Shown here piece after piece: positions 40,801-52,041 of a stretch of DNA of 64,000 nt. Within the stretch, counting starts at the first letter, position 1; each line of letters starts with the position of its first letter. A program made the position numbers and the translations under genes. Under the pieces are notes generated by a model that was given only the letters and a program-made list of their open reading frames with translations, was not told where the DNA came from and ran no database searches. Location of the stretch: the NCBI RefSeq assembly GCF_964204645.1, contig NC_134027.1, forward strand, positions 8,712,485-8,776,484, written 5' to 3'. Source of the DNA: Tubulanus polymorphus. Taxonomy: Eukaryota > Animalia > Nemertea.

Positions 40801-43800
40801 CATAAAACAAATGATAGATAGATGTTTTCGATTTATTGAAAATTAACTAACCCCATTTCGATTGGTAATGTTCACTGCATTACCTGCCATGAGTGTCTCG
40901 AGATGGCCCTGTCCATAGGTCACATTCTCCAGCTCTTCAATCGAATATATACCGTGCAGAGTATGATAACTGAAAACCGTATATGATTTCGTAACTTGAG
41001 AATAGCGAATAGATATTTCAGAATTTGAGAATAATGATATCAAAAGCTCATATTGTTGAGTCCGCTGTGATAAATGATAGATAACCTTAGCAAAGAAAAT
41101 AGATTATCTTCGTTTGACCAGTATTCATTGCTTTCTTGACCGATGAACGACAACATAGCTACATTGTCAGGTACGAATACAGTGAAATTATCTTTCATGT
41201 CGGCCAGTATGTTGTCCTCAGGTGGAATTCTCTACAAATAGAAAACTTATCATTCCCATAATATGATTTAAAAGGCACGTGTGTTCATCCGTTTGGTTTT
41301 CTTAGAAGATTTCTAGTCGGAGGTTATCAGAATTTTGATGTCGCTATTGACTTTATTATAATTTTGCTTCAAATCGACAAAATCGACAAAAAGACAAAGG
41401 ATTGCCTCGCGGTAAAAGCGTAGTTCTGAAAGCAGTGACCTTAATGCGCAGAAATCAATACCGGAGCTCATGTAGAATCGGGTAGGAGCAAATATCATGT
41501 GATCAATTTGGCTGTATTTCAAACCGCACTTGAAGGGCTGGAGCATTGACCCTTTCGTTTTTTAGAGCCCATAGTTGGAGTGAAGATACGTAGTTTTATC
41601 AGACCCGCTAGAAGCTTTATATGTCCATACCATGAGTAGCTGCAAGACTCGGGTCAATTTTTCTCTCGCTACAATTTCGTTAAAGATGCTGCCGAAACAT
41701 TGCAATCCATCACCTCCGAAACCTTCGAAGCACGTACAATTACGTTCACCGGGACCATTTGGTTCACATTTTGCCTAATTAATCGGATAGATAAGAAAGA
41801 CACGTAACGGTCACTGCAAATGTATATTACAGATACTTAATGCAAAGCATGCTAATCCTGTTGATGCTTCTTCGTTACCTAAGCTGTTGTTATACACCTA
41901 ATCCGTGATAATCAACTTTTCATCTATTCAACTGGTTGTACACGTATACGTAATTCGTTTTTATCGAATAACGACGAAAAAGTGCAATCAATAGCCAGGG
42001 CTAATCTTGTTATGCTATCATTCTCACAGATTCATCTGCCCAGGAATCCATAATTATGGTATTTTGCGTGGACATGGGAAGTTTCAGGCTGTACCGTAAA
42101 CATGTTGGAATTGGAATTTCTACAAATTAACTACATCCGTGTATTTTTCTGTCCATCACTTTTGGAAGTGCATATCAAATAAGTAACTTTAAATTCATTA
42201 ATTTGAAAGAAAATAAGGATTTTTTCTAACCAAGTACATTTTACATGTACTCGTTTAAGGAGCTTTTAGTTTTAACGCTGTTTTTCTGAAATCAAGAACC
42301 GTTGAACATTAAGACTAAACTGAGTCTGAAACCGTGACAGTGCGTTACGGAAGTTTCGTAAGAGAATTTATGAAACAATTGCTACACCAGTCTTCCGCAT
42401 GTAAAAGTAGGTACCTGTTCATGGCATCCTCCATTATCCTGGAGACAGACGTTATTCGGTACACAGTACGTTCCGTTCCCGTGGAAATGTTCTGAGCAGA
42501 CGCAAAGATGCTGAAATATGGGGAGAGATTGCAATGCATAATTATGACCGTGATGTACGAAATGAAATTCAATGCATCTGCACATTCTTCATCTGAGGGA
42601 ATAGCTAAAATCGAGGTTACATTCCCTAATACATGACGATGATCTTTAGTACGTAAGAGTTCGAAACGTCGTATCATTTTCATTTTTGATTGAATGAATT
42701 TGTGATTTCTCATATCTGTATATAGTGGGGTTTCTTTTTATCTTATTATCTGTTCTCCAAGTCTAGGTGTGGTTATTCTACTCACTGAAGTAATTGACTT
42801 GTGCTGATAGTAATACAATTGTAGTAAGTGTAAATTGGGGGTTTGAAACTAGGGGCATGAGGCATGAGGTAGGTAGGTTTTTGGGTAAAAATGCTGGGTA
42901 AAATATATTCACACTTACTAATTGTGTTGGAGTGTTGAGATGCATTTTAATACCAACAAATCGAAGCGGTAGTACTTGATCAATAGATATGATATTCACA
43001 TATAGATAATCTGTAATCTAAACCTGAGCGGAAAGTGGAGGCCACAACTCGACTAGGATTTCCGCTCAAATAGTATTACAATTTGATACCAAGATACTAC
43101 TTACATTTCCAGGACTTGTCTGCCAGCATTCCGCGTTCGGGTGACAATCATCGGGATGTTCGCACGACGATCCTTGATAACAATAAAAACCATCGCCAAC
43201 CCAGCCAGTATTGCATTTACAGTGACTCTCCCCAGGTCCATCGTGAATACAGCTAGCCTATGAATATCGACAACCTGACTACCACAAGTTGACATTTGAG
43301 AAAAACACATGACGATGGTGACATGAACTGTGTATTCTATCTTATGACCTTTTTTCTCACAAAACGAATGCAGCAATTTTGATGGCTAAATTTAGTTACA
43401 TTAACGATAAAAGCAACAAAACTTCGGTCATACATTTGCATCTCCGGATTAAATACTGTGTATTTCAGTTTTATTGGTGACTCAACGAAATAAGTTCATT
43501 TCAATCAATACGCCATCACTTCACGATAAAACCATATTTATAGCAGACATTAAACCGCGTAATTTTTCGAGTAGAAATGTATGGGAAATTGCCACCACGG
43601 ATCAGTATAGTTCAGTAGTTAAAACAAAATAAAGTTGACGTGATAGGATGGCCATCAGGTTTTATTGAATTTGCTAGTGGTGAGACATCTTACTTAGTCT
43701 GGTTTCTATCGTGCTTAATTAGTTTCCCCTGAACATGCCATCGAAGGATCGTTACCCTGAAGTCATAATAACGCTGCCCGATAACCACACGTAATAGCCT

Positions 43801-45876
43801 GGAAACGTTCCGGAATTGCGGGAAGTGTTTTCATTTAATGTTTTTTTTCTCTCTCAATTTCTGTACTTCTTTACTAAAAAGAGCTAAACTTAAATTAACC
43901 TAATTTGTCGAACAAATGATATGAACTTTCACGCCTTCGATAGGCAGGTTTTTAACAGACCCGAGACATCCGTGGCATCAAATCAAAATCAAAATGCCTC
44001 CAATCGGCATTGAAAGTCATGAGTATTATCTAGAGATGGGAGAAAAACATTCATTAAATGGCACAAACTATATGCAAAGCCGCTGTGGCCGCTGAGACAG
44101 TAACAAGAAAACTAACTTGAAAGTTTATTGGCGCCTCGAAGAAAAGTAACACATATTGCCTAACATTATCGACAATGAATGATACAATATTAATCGAGGA
44201 TGAATTCTAATATATCGACAATTGAATTGATCAGCAACCAGCCTAAGTGGGCATTATAGCGCATTGAGTAGTTGTCAATGTATAAAACAAAAGATGTGCG
44301 AATAAACAGTTGCCCATCAGCATTTTTGCGACAGAAAATGAAGTCTCTCTCCCGGCGGGCAACATAGCACCAGCCGGTGGTGCCGCCCCCTGCCAACCAG
44401 CCAATCAACGCGAAGTAAACACGTCCTTTACAGTTCCGGAACTCAGGCGTAAATTTGAACGTTTTACATCTAACAATTCGTTCCGACATATTTTCTGTTG
44501 CAAAAAAAAACATTGTTGTAACAGTTTTTACGACGTCAAATCAGTTTCTCTGTTAACGACGTAGTTCTAAGGGTGCGATGAAAAGCCACACCGGTGGGAT
44601 ACTTTCAGTACTGTCAGAATATACAATACTTCGCATTCGTATTATCGAGAAACTACAGAATAAAAATCACTTGAATGTCCAATCAAAACCTGCTGGTGAG
44701 CTGTGTGAGAAACTGGACAACAACTGCGAGCGAAACAAGTTCTCTTCAGCTGCGTGATTGCAGCCTCCGGCGAATTGTGGTCACTCCCGTATCTGATTGT
44801 CAATTAATGGCATTACTGCATCATCGACTATCATTTTGCTAGCAACTTTTTGCGGTAATTTTTTCTATATCCATTGCAATCGTCAGGAAAAAGGTGTACT
44901 TTGAGAGAAAAAAACTTCCATTTGAGAAGTCACTTTCTGGCTCTTAGGGTTTTCGGTGAAAAATAACATCCACCATTACCATTAGATGGGGATATCGAAA
45001 CGTTGCGATTTCTGAGCTTTTAAAAATCAACAGCGACTAGGGATTGCATGCGAAGACAGTCTCCGCTCGTAGTGGATGATTCAAACATTTGTATTTACAA
45101 TCCAGTGTAAATACCACCAGTGTGTTGATAAATGCAGACTCACTGTTTCCCTTTCACTATAGCTAGTTAATATCCGAATTCAATTACAAGATATCGCATT
45201 ATATTTGGGTCTAATCGATCTCGATAATGGACTATACAAACGGTTTTAATTTGGTTTTCGCCTCAGAGTCTATCGCCAAAGGTGTTGTGAGTTTTGTAAG
45301 ACGAAATCAACCAATTAAATAAATAACAGGGTCAATCCTTATCTTGAAATGAAAATGAAATATAGCCGGCAACTAACCTGTAAGTGGCAGTTACCTCTTG
45401 ACTTTTCGTTACAGGGATTTATTTCTACGCAATTCTCGCCGTCACCGTCATATCCAGGAAGGCAAACACATTTGGGTAAACTAGAAACAAGAACACATTT
45501 TGAATGCTGATACTACAAGATTACAGGTTTCTCCGACACCGTCACAAATGACCATCAGACATATGGCCGACGGAAAAGATTTACGAAAATGAAAAAACAA
45601 AATCGATCACACAATCGTTGTGCGCTTACAATTTGAGCATTAAATCCGATGGGGAGCTTCTGTAGGTCTCTCTGATTGTACTGCTATGGTCTAAAAACTC
45701 GGGAAGATAAGGGATATCGTTTTCACAGACAGCATGGGCGTGGCAACGTCTTATCCAGCATTTTTGTTGTCGTTTGTCGCAGTTTTTACCGATGAACCCA
45801 GGCCAGCACGGTCCCGGCTTACATTCCCCGCTACCATGTAGACCATTATCACAATCACCATTCAGACATTGGCATT
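31661..45876 (-). CDS. Stabilin-like (EGF/fasciclin FAS1) type I transmembrane scavenger receptor, 23 exons, >=1067 aa
   Basis: GT-AG exons with consistent phases: 45630-45876, 45378-45480, 43105-43257, 42415-42510, 41631-41774, 41086-41231, 40852-40969, 37455-37532, 37265-37366, 37079-37174, 36594-36734, 36119-36247, 35868-35910, 34501-34653, 34102-34280, 33627-33777, 33275-33502, 33060-33187, 32850-32960, 32528-32674, 32250-32414, 31996-32160, 31661-31843. Stabilin hallmarks: CPGGVDQPCNNHGTCNDGIHGNGTC, NGGCH-type EGFs, FAS1 H1 (FTVFVP, FTLFAP, TFFVP) and H2 (NGFVNIIDEVL, NGWIH) motifs. Confidence 0.92.
31996..32160 (-). CDS. Transmembrane exon of the stabilin-like gene
   Basis: ALWIVIAVVALLVLIIIILCLIYKIR; preceded by a Thr-rich stalk in exon 32250-32414. 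Confidence 0.9.
33275..33502 (-). CDS. PAN/Apple domain exon of the stabilin-like gene (symmetric phase 1-1, 228 nt)
   Basis: GCVMKKYEDTQQRGPDYKVVSIANQDVCGQECLREKKCVSATYLKHRKSCFLHDAIRKLNVNIYTTHYLKKC: C-x3-C-x5-C-x11-C-x-L core, with flanking Cys and a terminal Y-x-K-x-C. Confidence 0.85.
35372..35573. mobile_element. Palindromic MITE-like element
   Basis: ~83-nt imperfect inverted arms (35372-35454 / 35490-35573). The right arm plus flank recurs at ~15011-15086. Confidence 0.7.
37619..37695. repeat. Near-perfect 38-bp inverted repeat
   Basis: ctttgaagaatgatctggattgtacctatctataaact-t-agtttatagataggtacaatccagattattcttcaaag; one mismatch. Confidence 0.9.
37820..38100. mobile_element. Two divergent inverted copies of a tRNA-derived SINE head
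   Basis: Minus copy 37820-37902 and plus copy 38029-38100 share cacccggt.tagtgt (A-box-like), caggttcgaat (B box) and a 3' gagaggatg. Confidence 0.6.
44380..44445 (+). promoter_or_regulatory. Putative promoter inside a stabilin intron
   Basis: CCGCCC GC box, CCAATCA, GTAAACA and TTCCGGAA within ~60 nt; plus-strand donor CTG|GTGAGC at 44696. Confidence 0.4.
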
Positions 45877-46509
45877 CTGAAAAACCAAATTACACAATGT
45901 GACATGCCTTATACTTTTATAACTACCGCTACCTTTTTGAGGATGTGAGTATATTCTGCAACAACTTTCAGGTCAATATTTGATTGAGAATTATGTCTCC
46001 GAGTCAAGATTAAGGAACCATAAGACTAGCGAAAAGTTTTTAAACCAACATCCGGGGCCTCAGATGATTGGTTTCGTCACATTTAGTTAATTTGCATTTT
46101 TAATAATTGCAACTCTTAAAACGTGTTGAAACCAGGGGCTTTTCACAAACGTACGTTTAACTAATGACTTTCATTTAGTTTTTCTTATCAACTCAATGTA
46201 AGTTGAATTGTTGAATCAGTCTAGGACGAAGTACTTTCTGTAAAACTGGGCCATATTCAGGTCAGTTGGGGCTATTAGAGGCCAGTAAACCGCGCTTACC
46301 GTATGCTGACTGAAGCATACACACTTCATCAGTATTTACAGTGGTTGTCGCTCATAAAACTGAGATAAAAACTAGGCGGAGGTTATTTTCAATTAGGGTT
46401 TATTGAGAAAAAGCGTAAGAACATGCGCAAATGATCGTATAAAAACATCAAAACGAATTCATTTATTACCGGGTGAGGTGAACTGACATATGATGTGACG
46501 CGACCTAAC

Positions 46510-46642
46510 CATTTACAATCACCACGGGTACAATACACGCGGCCACAGTCGACGTTGTCATAAAGCAATACGCGGCGGATGAAAAATTGGTATGGCCTAC
46601 GGGAACCCAATGGTGTAGCAGAAACCGTTGCACAGCTTGCAT
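46510..46642 (-). CDS. Candidate first coding exon of the stabilin-like gene
   Basis: MQAVQRFLLHHW...MTTSTVAACIVPVVIVN then G|GTTAGG. Phase 1 fits the 45876 acceptor, but the hydrophobic leader is weak. Confidence 0.4.
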
Positions 46643-48579
46643 CTACGGGGAATGTAGGTATAAATTCTACCTAAGAAAGCCACCGATACGTCGCTTCACG
46701 GAGACACAGTTATACTTTCGCGTCGCCGATTGAATCTGTTGAGCTGTCAGAAGCACCTTCCGGGAGGCAAATCGAAGAGTATGATTAAATCTTTTTTTTC
46801 ATAAAACTTTTCGCGTCTGCGGCTTTAATCGCAGCGAACTTTTGGTTCGATTTATTTAATCAGAGATGAAAGTGAGGGACAAAATATACATGCCATAAGC
46901 ACGCGCGATGCAAAAAGAAAGCGGAATAGTTTGTGCAGATGATAAGACCTGTTAACTTCCTACGTTTTTTTTTGCAGCGTGCAACAAATAGCGGAATGCA
47001 AATAATTGCCAGTAAAAGCGCGGCGTTGCGAAATGGAATTATTAACCAAAGACATCTCGCAGAAACGACAAACAAATCATCGGTTTATCGATGAAAATCA
47101 TCCGTCGATGGGAATGAGATTATCACCGCCAGCCCGACATACGACCAGACGCGACGCGGCGAAACGATCGAATAACGTAAATCATGACCAGAATTCATCA
47201 GAGACGCGCGCACGGGCAAGTCTGAAGCCTGACCCGATATAAAAAGGCCGAGTTCACGACCACGCCGGCAACGTTTCTGCGGCAAAACAGGAGTTCACTC
47301 GTGGAGAGGTTTTTAGCTCGTTGAAGTGGTCGAATTGGTCGGTCGTCTGCGCTTCCACATCAATTATCAATGAAAACTCTACCAAACAGTGGAAATAATT
47401 AACGCCGGGCTTTGTAAGTGACGCCGAAAACCTATAATACACAGGCAAACTCCTTCTTTGCCATCAAATCCGATAAACACCATTCTTGCTGAAGATTGCC
47501 GAATTCAGTCTGTCATAACAACAATCAAATTACAGTTATCACGGCAGGCGAGACTCTTTCTAAATAGTTGTCATCTGATTGCGCGCGGGAATATTGAGCG
47601 ACCATGGAAGTGGGCGGCCGCAAACCAGCACCTTGTATCGATAACATTTATTTGCAGTTGGTATATACATTTCGCTTAGATTATTTTCGACGACGACCGA
47701 GACGCTAAATACACCGCTTCATTAGAAACGATGTAGGAGGTTTGTCTTTTGTGCGATACGTCTTGAACGTCGTCATTATCGAGAGACAAAATCCTATTTT
47801 GCTGGTTCACAGATTGATTGGGTTCTTCTTTCCCCACGGAACTTAAATCCACCAAAATATTCAGAGCTCATTCTGTCTCGTAGGTGTACAGTCTTGAAGT
47901 ATTCGATTTCAAAAATATGCAATGTTCATCATATCAATGGACTAAAAGTAGGCCAACTTTGCTTTTATCTTTCAACTTAAAAAGGTGGATATGGAATTGG
48001 GTATTCAAAGCCTTAAACCCTTGGACCCAGTTTCACAGTTGTGAGTTTGTTTTTATATATGAACACTGAATTGTTTTTCATCGCGATAACGACGGGGAAG
48101 TTTCACCGATCGCATGCGCTGATTACCATTGCGTTTTCAAAACGGTAATCATGCAATTGGTGAAAATGAAATTAAAAAGTTAGATGATTTCTCACGACGA
48201 TTACCCGTGATATTTCATCATGAAATTTTGATTGTTGTTCCAATAAGGCAATTATGCCACATCAGGGAAATGCAAGTTCCTCGAGTGCAGACAATCATGT
48301 CGCGCACATGCAGTTGGAAGTATCGTAAGATTCGAAAAGAAAACGAACTTGAAAGTTTATTGACGCCTTGAAAGGTAACACATATATTGCAAAATATTGT
48401 CGACAATTATTTATCTAATTCAAATTATATACCGGTAAAACTAAGGATCAACGAATTTATTTTGGATTTGAATATATCGATAATTGAATTGAATTGACCA
48501 GCAACAGGGTGGTGCTGCCGTGATAGACCATTCACGGAGCGTAGTTTACCTTGGGGTAATCATTTGATTCCAAGGTTCG

Positions 48580-48836
48580 CCCAGTATATTGACGACGTAG
48601 TGCACGTCCTTTCAAAACATAACAATTAGAAATCATCAAAAATGAAATAAGATTACGAAATACATTGAGTTACAAAATACACGCCAAAATTCATAAATGT
48701 AATCCGTCATTTTGAAACGCTGAAAAATTGATATCGTAGTGCACATCACACCCTTATATAACGTGTACTAGGTATACCCCGGTATATAAACATTATTGTC
48801 ACAGTTTTTACGGCGTCAATAAACTAATACGTACAG
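48580..48836 (-). repeat. Second copy of the 21360-21712 repeat
   Basis: The reverse complement aligns by eye with 21360-21712. Confidence 0.7.
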
Positions 48837-48884
48837 GACAGTACGCAAGTAATACATTGCATAAATTACCACTTAATAGGATCT

Positions 48885-49075
48885 CCAACCAATAGAAACA
48901 AAGCCAATGGGCCAATTACCAACCCGAACGGCAGGTGTTGATGAAGCAGTGGGATTGTGTGTGCCTATACCGGCTAGACAATTGAGTCAAATCGCGCGTA
49001 ACTGCAAACGTTGTCATTACTCCATCGCTGCTTGGCGGCGATGCGACGCGACGCGACGCAAAGCCTATATAAGCG
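48885..49075 (+). promoter_or_regulatory. Putative Pol II promoter
   Basis: CCAAT at 48889, 48904 and 48912; TGAGTCA at 48983; TATATAA at 49066. Confidence 0.45.
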
Positions 49076-50479
49076 CATAGCTCGCGGAACAATTTACCGT
49101 GATGAATAATTTAATGAAATTTGACTCATAGACGACGTGATAATTCAATTAAACAAACGCTAACATGCATTTTTTCTTAAAAGTTGGCATACGCAAAAAT
49201 ACGTTGGTAGCAGCCACTTAGAAGCCAGATGAATTCGTTGAGAAGTAGGATCCGAAGCAGTGAAATACTGTTGATTAACTGTTAAAAGCGGCGTATTGCG
49301 CGATGCTGCGAAAGCTTCATTCAAGAGTAGTTCGTTCGTTCGTCCGTTCGTTCTTTGCGGGATAGAACGAGACACGTGAAATCTTGTCTGACAGTAAGAG
49401 GGATTAATGAGCGTTAATAATAAATAGGAAGTCCTCAAATTATTATCGCCAGAACTAATAAAACCACATAGACGGAGTAGATTAATGATCATTGATTATC
49501 TTAATGGCGAGCGTGTTCTTGAGCAATCTTCACATCGCGCTCGGAAAAAAAAGGTAAGTACCACGTTTATAGTGAAGTTAATATACATTGTATAATAATA
49601 TTTATTCGCCATATTTAAATGCAATATGAATGATATGTAATTGTAAACAAGGTAAAATATACATAATTCATTGTTTTGCACTCTCTAAGCGCATCTTACC
49701 AAAATACGATCATTAAAAAAATCTGAAATATTCCGTTCAGTCAACCATTGAATAAGGAATAAAATTGATGAAATGGATGATAATAATAGCAGGCGAGCAA
49801 AATCAATTTTTCAGTACCATACGAAAATATTCATGAAAAAGGTTCCAGCGGCATCGAAATATGTCCATCAATATTCCTCGGGGAAGCACCTGCCTCTCGG
49901 CCATTAAAACCGCTGCTACTGAAACGATCTATTAATCTTAAAACTGAATTCCTTTCATCGTCATGACAAAATCTATTGCGGATGAACAGACGATAGGAAA
50001 TCGCCGAACGAAATTGATAATAACAGGGATGACTCGAAGCAACTGGAGCCGTTTATGCCGATAGACACGATGAAATATCTATGAGAGTTATAAAAACAAT
50101 GAAAATGAACTGATTTCAACTCAAAACTGTGGAACCAGGCCCATTATTTTAAGGTTGAATGATTTAATTCAGACATTCGTCTCGGCTGAATTTCAGCCAC
50201 ATGAGTTTCGTAAAGAGCATTGTTACGATCTGAAAGACCAAGAAACTGTATCTCCTGATATATCTCAGCCATGAGAAGTCAAGGCCTCTTGGGATAAAAA
50301 CAGATCTGAAGACCTACAAAAACTTACGAGTTGATGCAAGTCAATGGGGATAGCTCCCTTCAATGCACTGGCAGAAAATGCAGAAATAGATAAAAAGCTA
50401 TATCATGAATTTCGCAGCTTGGGTGTTTTTATCGTTCTTTAGACAAGTCCTTTCCTATTTTACTGTCTATAATGAACCT

Positions 50480-50690
50480 CGAAACGGTCAAGTTATTTGA
50501 TCAATGCTCTGAAGCCAGGAAGAAGCTGTCTGGTCTGTGATGGATATAAGAGTACTCGTCTACAGGTGATGCCAGAGGCCAGACAAACAACTCCGAAAGT
50601 TTCTTGCAAAATTCTTCCTCACAATGACAATGCTAGAGCACATCCAGAGCATCACGTGTTTACTCAGCAAAAAAAGACAAAATAGGTCTC
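50480..50690 (+). mobile_element. Decayed mariner-type transposase fragment
   Basis: GQ..INA...Y...LQVMPEARQTTPKVSCKILPHNDNARAH resembles mariner G.TVN..YY...L...RP....ILHHDNARPH; interrupted by stops. Confidence 0.5.
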
Positions 50691-51930
50691 CGATAATGAT
50701 TAATGGCTGGTTAGATTCGACGACGGAGTTACTAGACGAGAGTCCAGAAGTGCAGGGCATAATTGTCCTTGATTAATCGAAAAACAGATGAAATAGCGTG
50801 AGATGATGACGCAACATGAAAAAACCATTACAGATTCTGAAAAAGAGTTCGGGAAATGAGGAGTGGAATTTTTTTTCATGCACCGATCAGTCGGGGTCAA
50901 CTGTTTTAAATGACCGTGGCGTGGCCTGGAGGACCCTTACCAAATCGCGGGCGAATCGCAAGCAACATATATAGCCCTACGGTAGTAATGATTATTATCT
51001 AAAATGAAAGTCATGAGAATCATAAAATGAATGTCATGATCTTGATAGAACCATCTCGGTTCTTCGTTTAATTCATCAAAACAGTTACACAGCCCGATTA
51101 GGCCATTTAGCGTTATATTTCCGTGTCTTTTATTGCACGATCGACTTCAAAAAAACTATTTAAACTACGATATATTATCCACATATCCAAAAGGCAAATT
51201 AAACAAAGTTCGTCTTAAGTTAACGAAGGAAATAATACAACTACTCCTGTTGCTAGCTTTTCAGCCCGCAGCAAGTTTTGAAATCTGAACATTCATTAAA
51301 TCTCGGTATTGACTGCCATGTAAACACAGTAAGCTCTCAATTCTCAAATGGATTAAAAATAACAAAAATCACACTTAAACCCAACAAATATCAAGCCAAA
51401 AGATCGTTATGAAAGGTTTATCCAATGTTGTAGTCAGGTACAAGAAAAAAAATACCAGCTGCGGTCGGGGGTACTAAGTATCAATTGTTATGCTGTGTAT
51501 ACGATCAGGTGGCTTTGTGACAGGAAATGAGTAGCAATGGAAATGCATCATCGTACGCAATTGGATGCAACTTATTGTGTTTTGTGGATTGAGCAGCATC
51601 ACTGTTAACATTGTCTAGAGATATAGAATTGTCGAAGTTCACAACACAGTAGTAAATCCACATAAACCTGTACTTGGTAATTGCGTTGTATGTTACAATG
51701 TATTGGAACATGGAAAAAGATCAGCCCTATAGTTTCAAATCCAATTTTCAAGAGGTTACGAAAATAGATTGGACAGCTCGGACCGATCAGCTCAGCTTGA
51801 TTTCCAGTGGCTCGAACTGCCCCCTCCCAAGGTTGTGAATGTAGGTAACCCCTCGGTCAATATAATCCTAGGTAGAAATCACCCAAGTTAACTTCCGTTT
51901 TAGACATGGTATAATCAACAATAGAAAAAC

Positions 51931-52041
51931 TGGCCCGATATTTAAACTGGTATTATATTTAACCCTGGGCTGAACTCAATTGAAAACGATTGTGTTAGCC
52001 CCCAGGTTAAAGATAATTACCAGTCTATAAAATCGGCCCCT
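51931..52041. mobile_element. Hairpin MITE-family member with central ttgaaaa
   Basis: Arms gcccgat..aactggta..tttaaccc.gggct / agccc..ggttaaa..taccagt..atcggcc; related copies at ~20770-20980, ~54680-54760 and ~63495-63606. Confidence 0.6.

Noticed and set aside
43694-43798. Extra stabilin exon with AG/GT ends
   Set aside because: No EGF or FAS1 pattern, and the flanking exons join in phase without it.
44310-44564. 84-aa plus-strand ORF as a nested gene
   Set aside because: No ATG start or recognisable domain; better explained as a promoter motif cluster.
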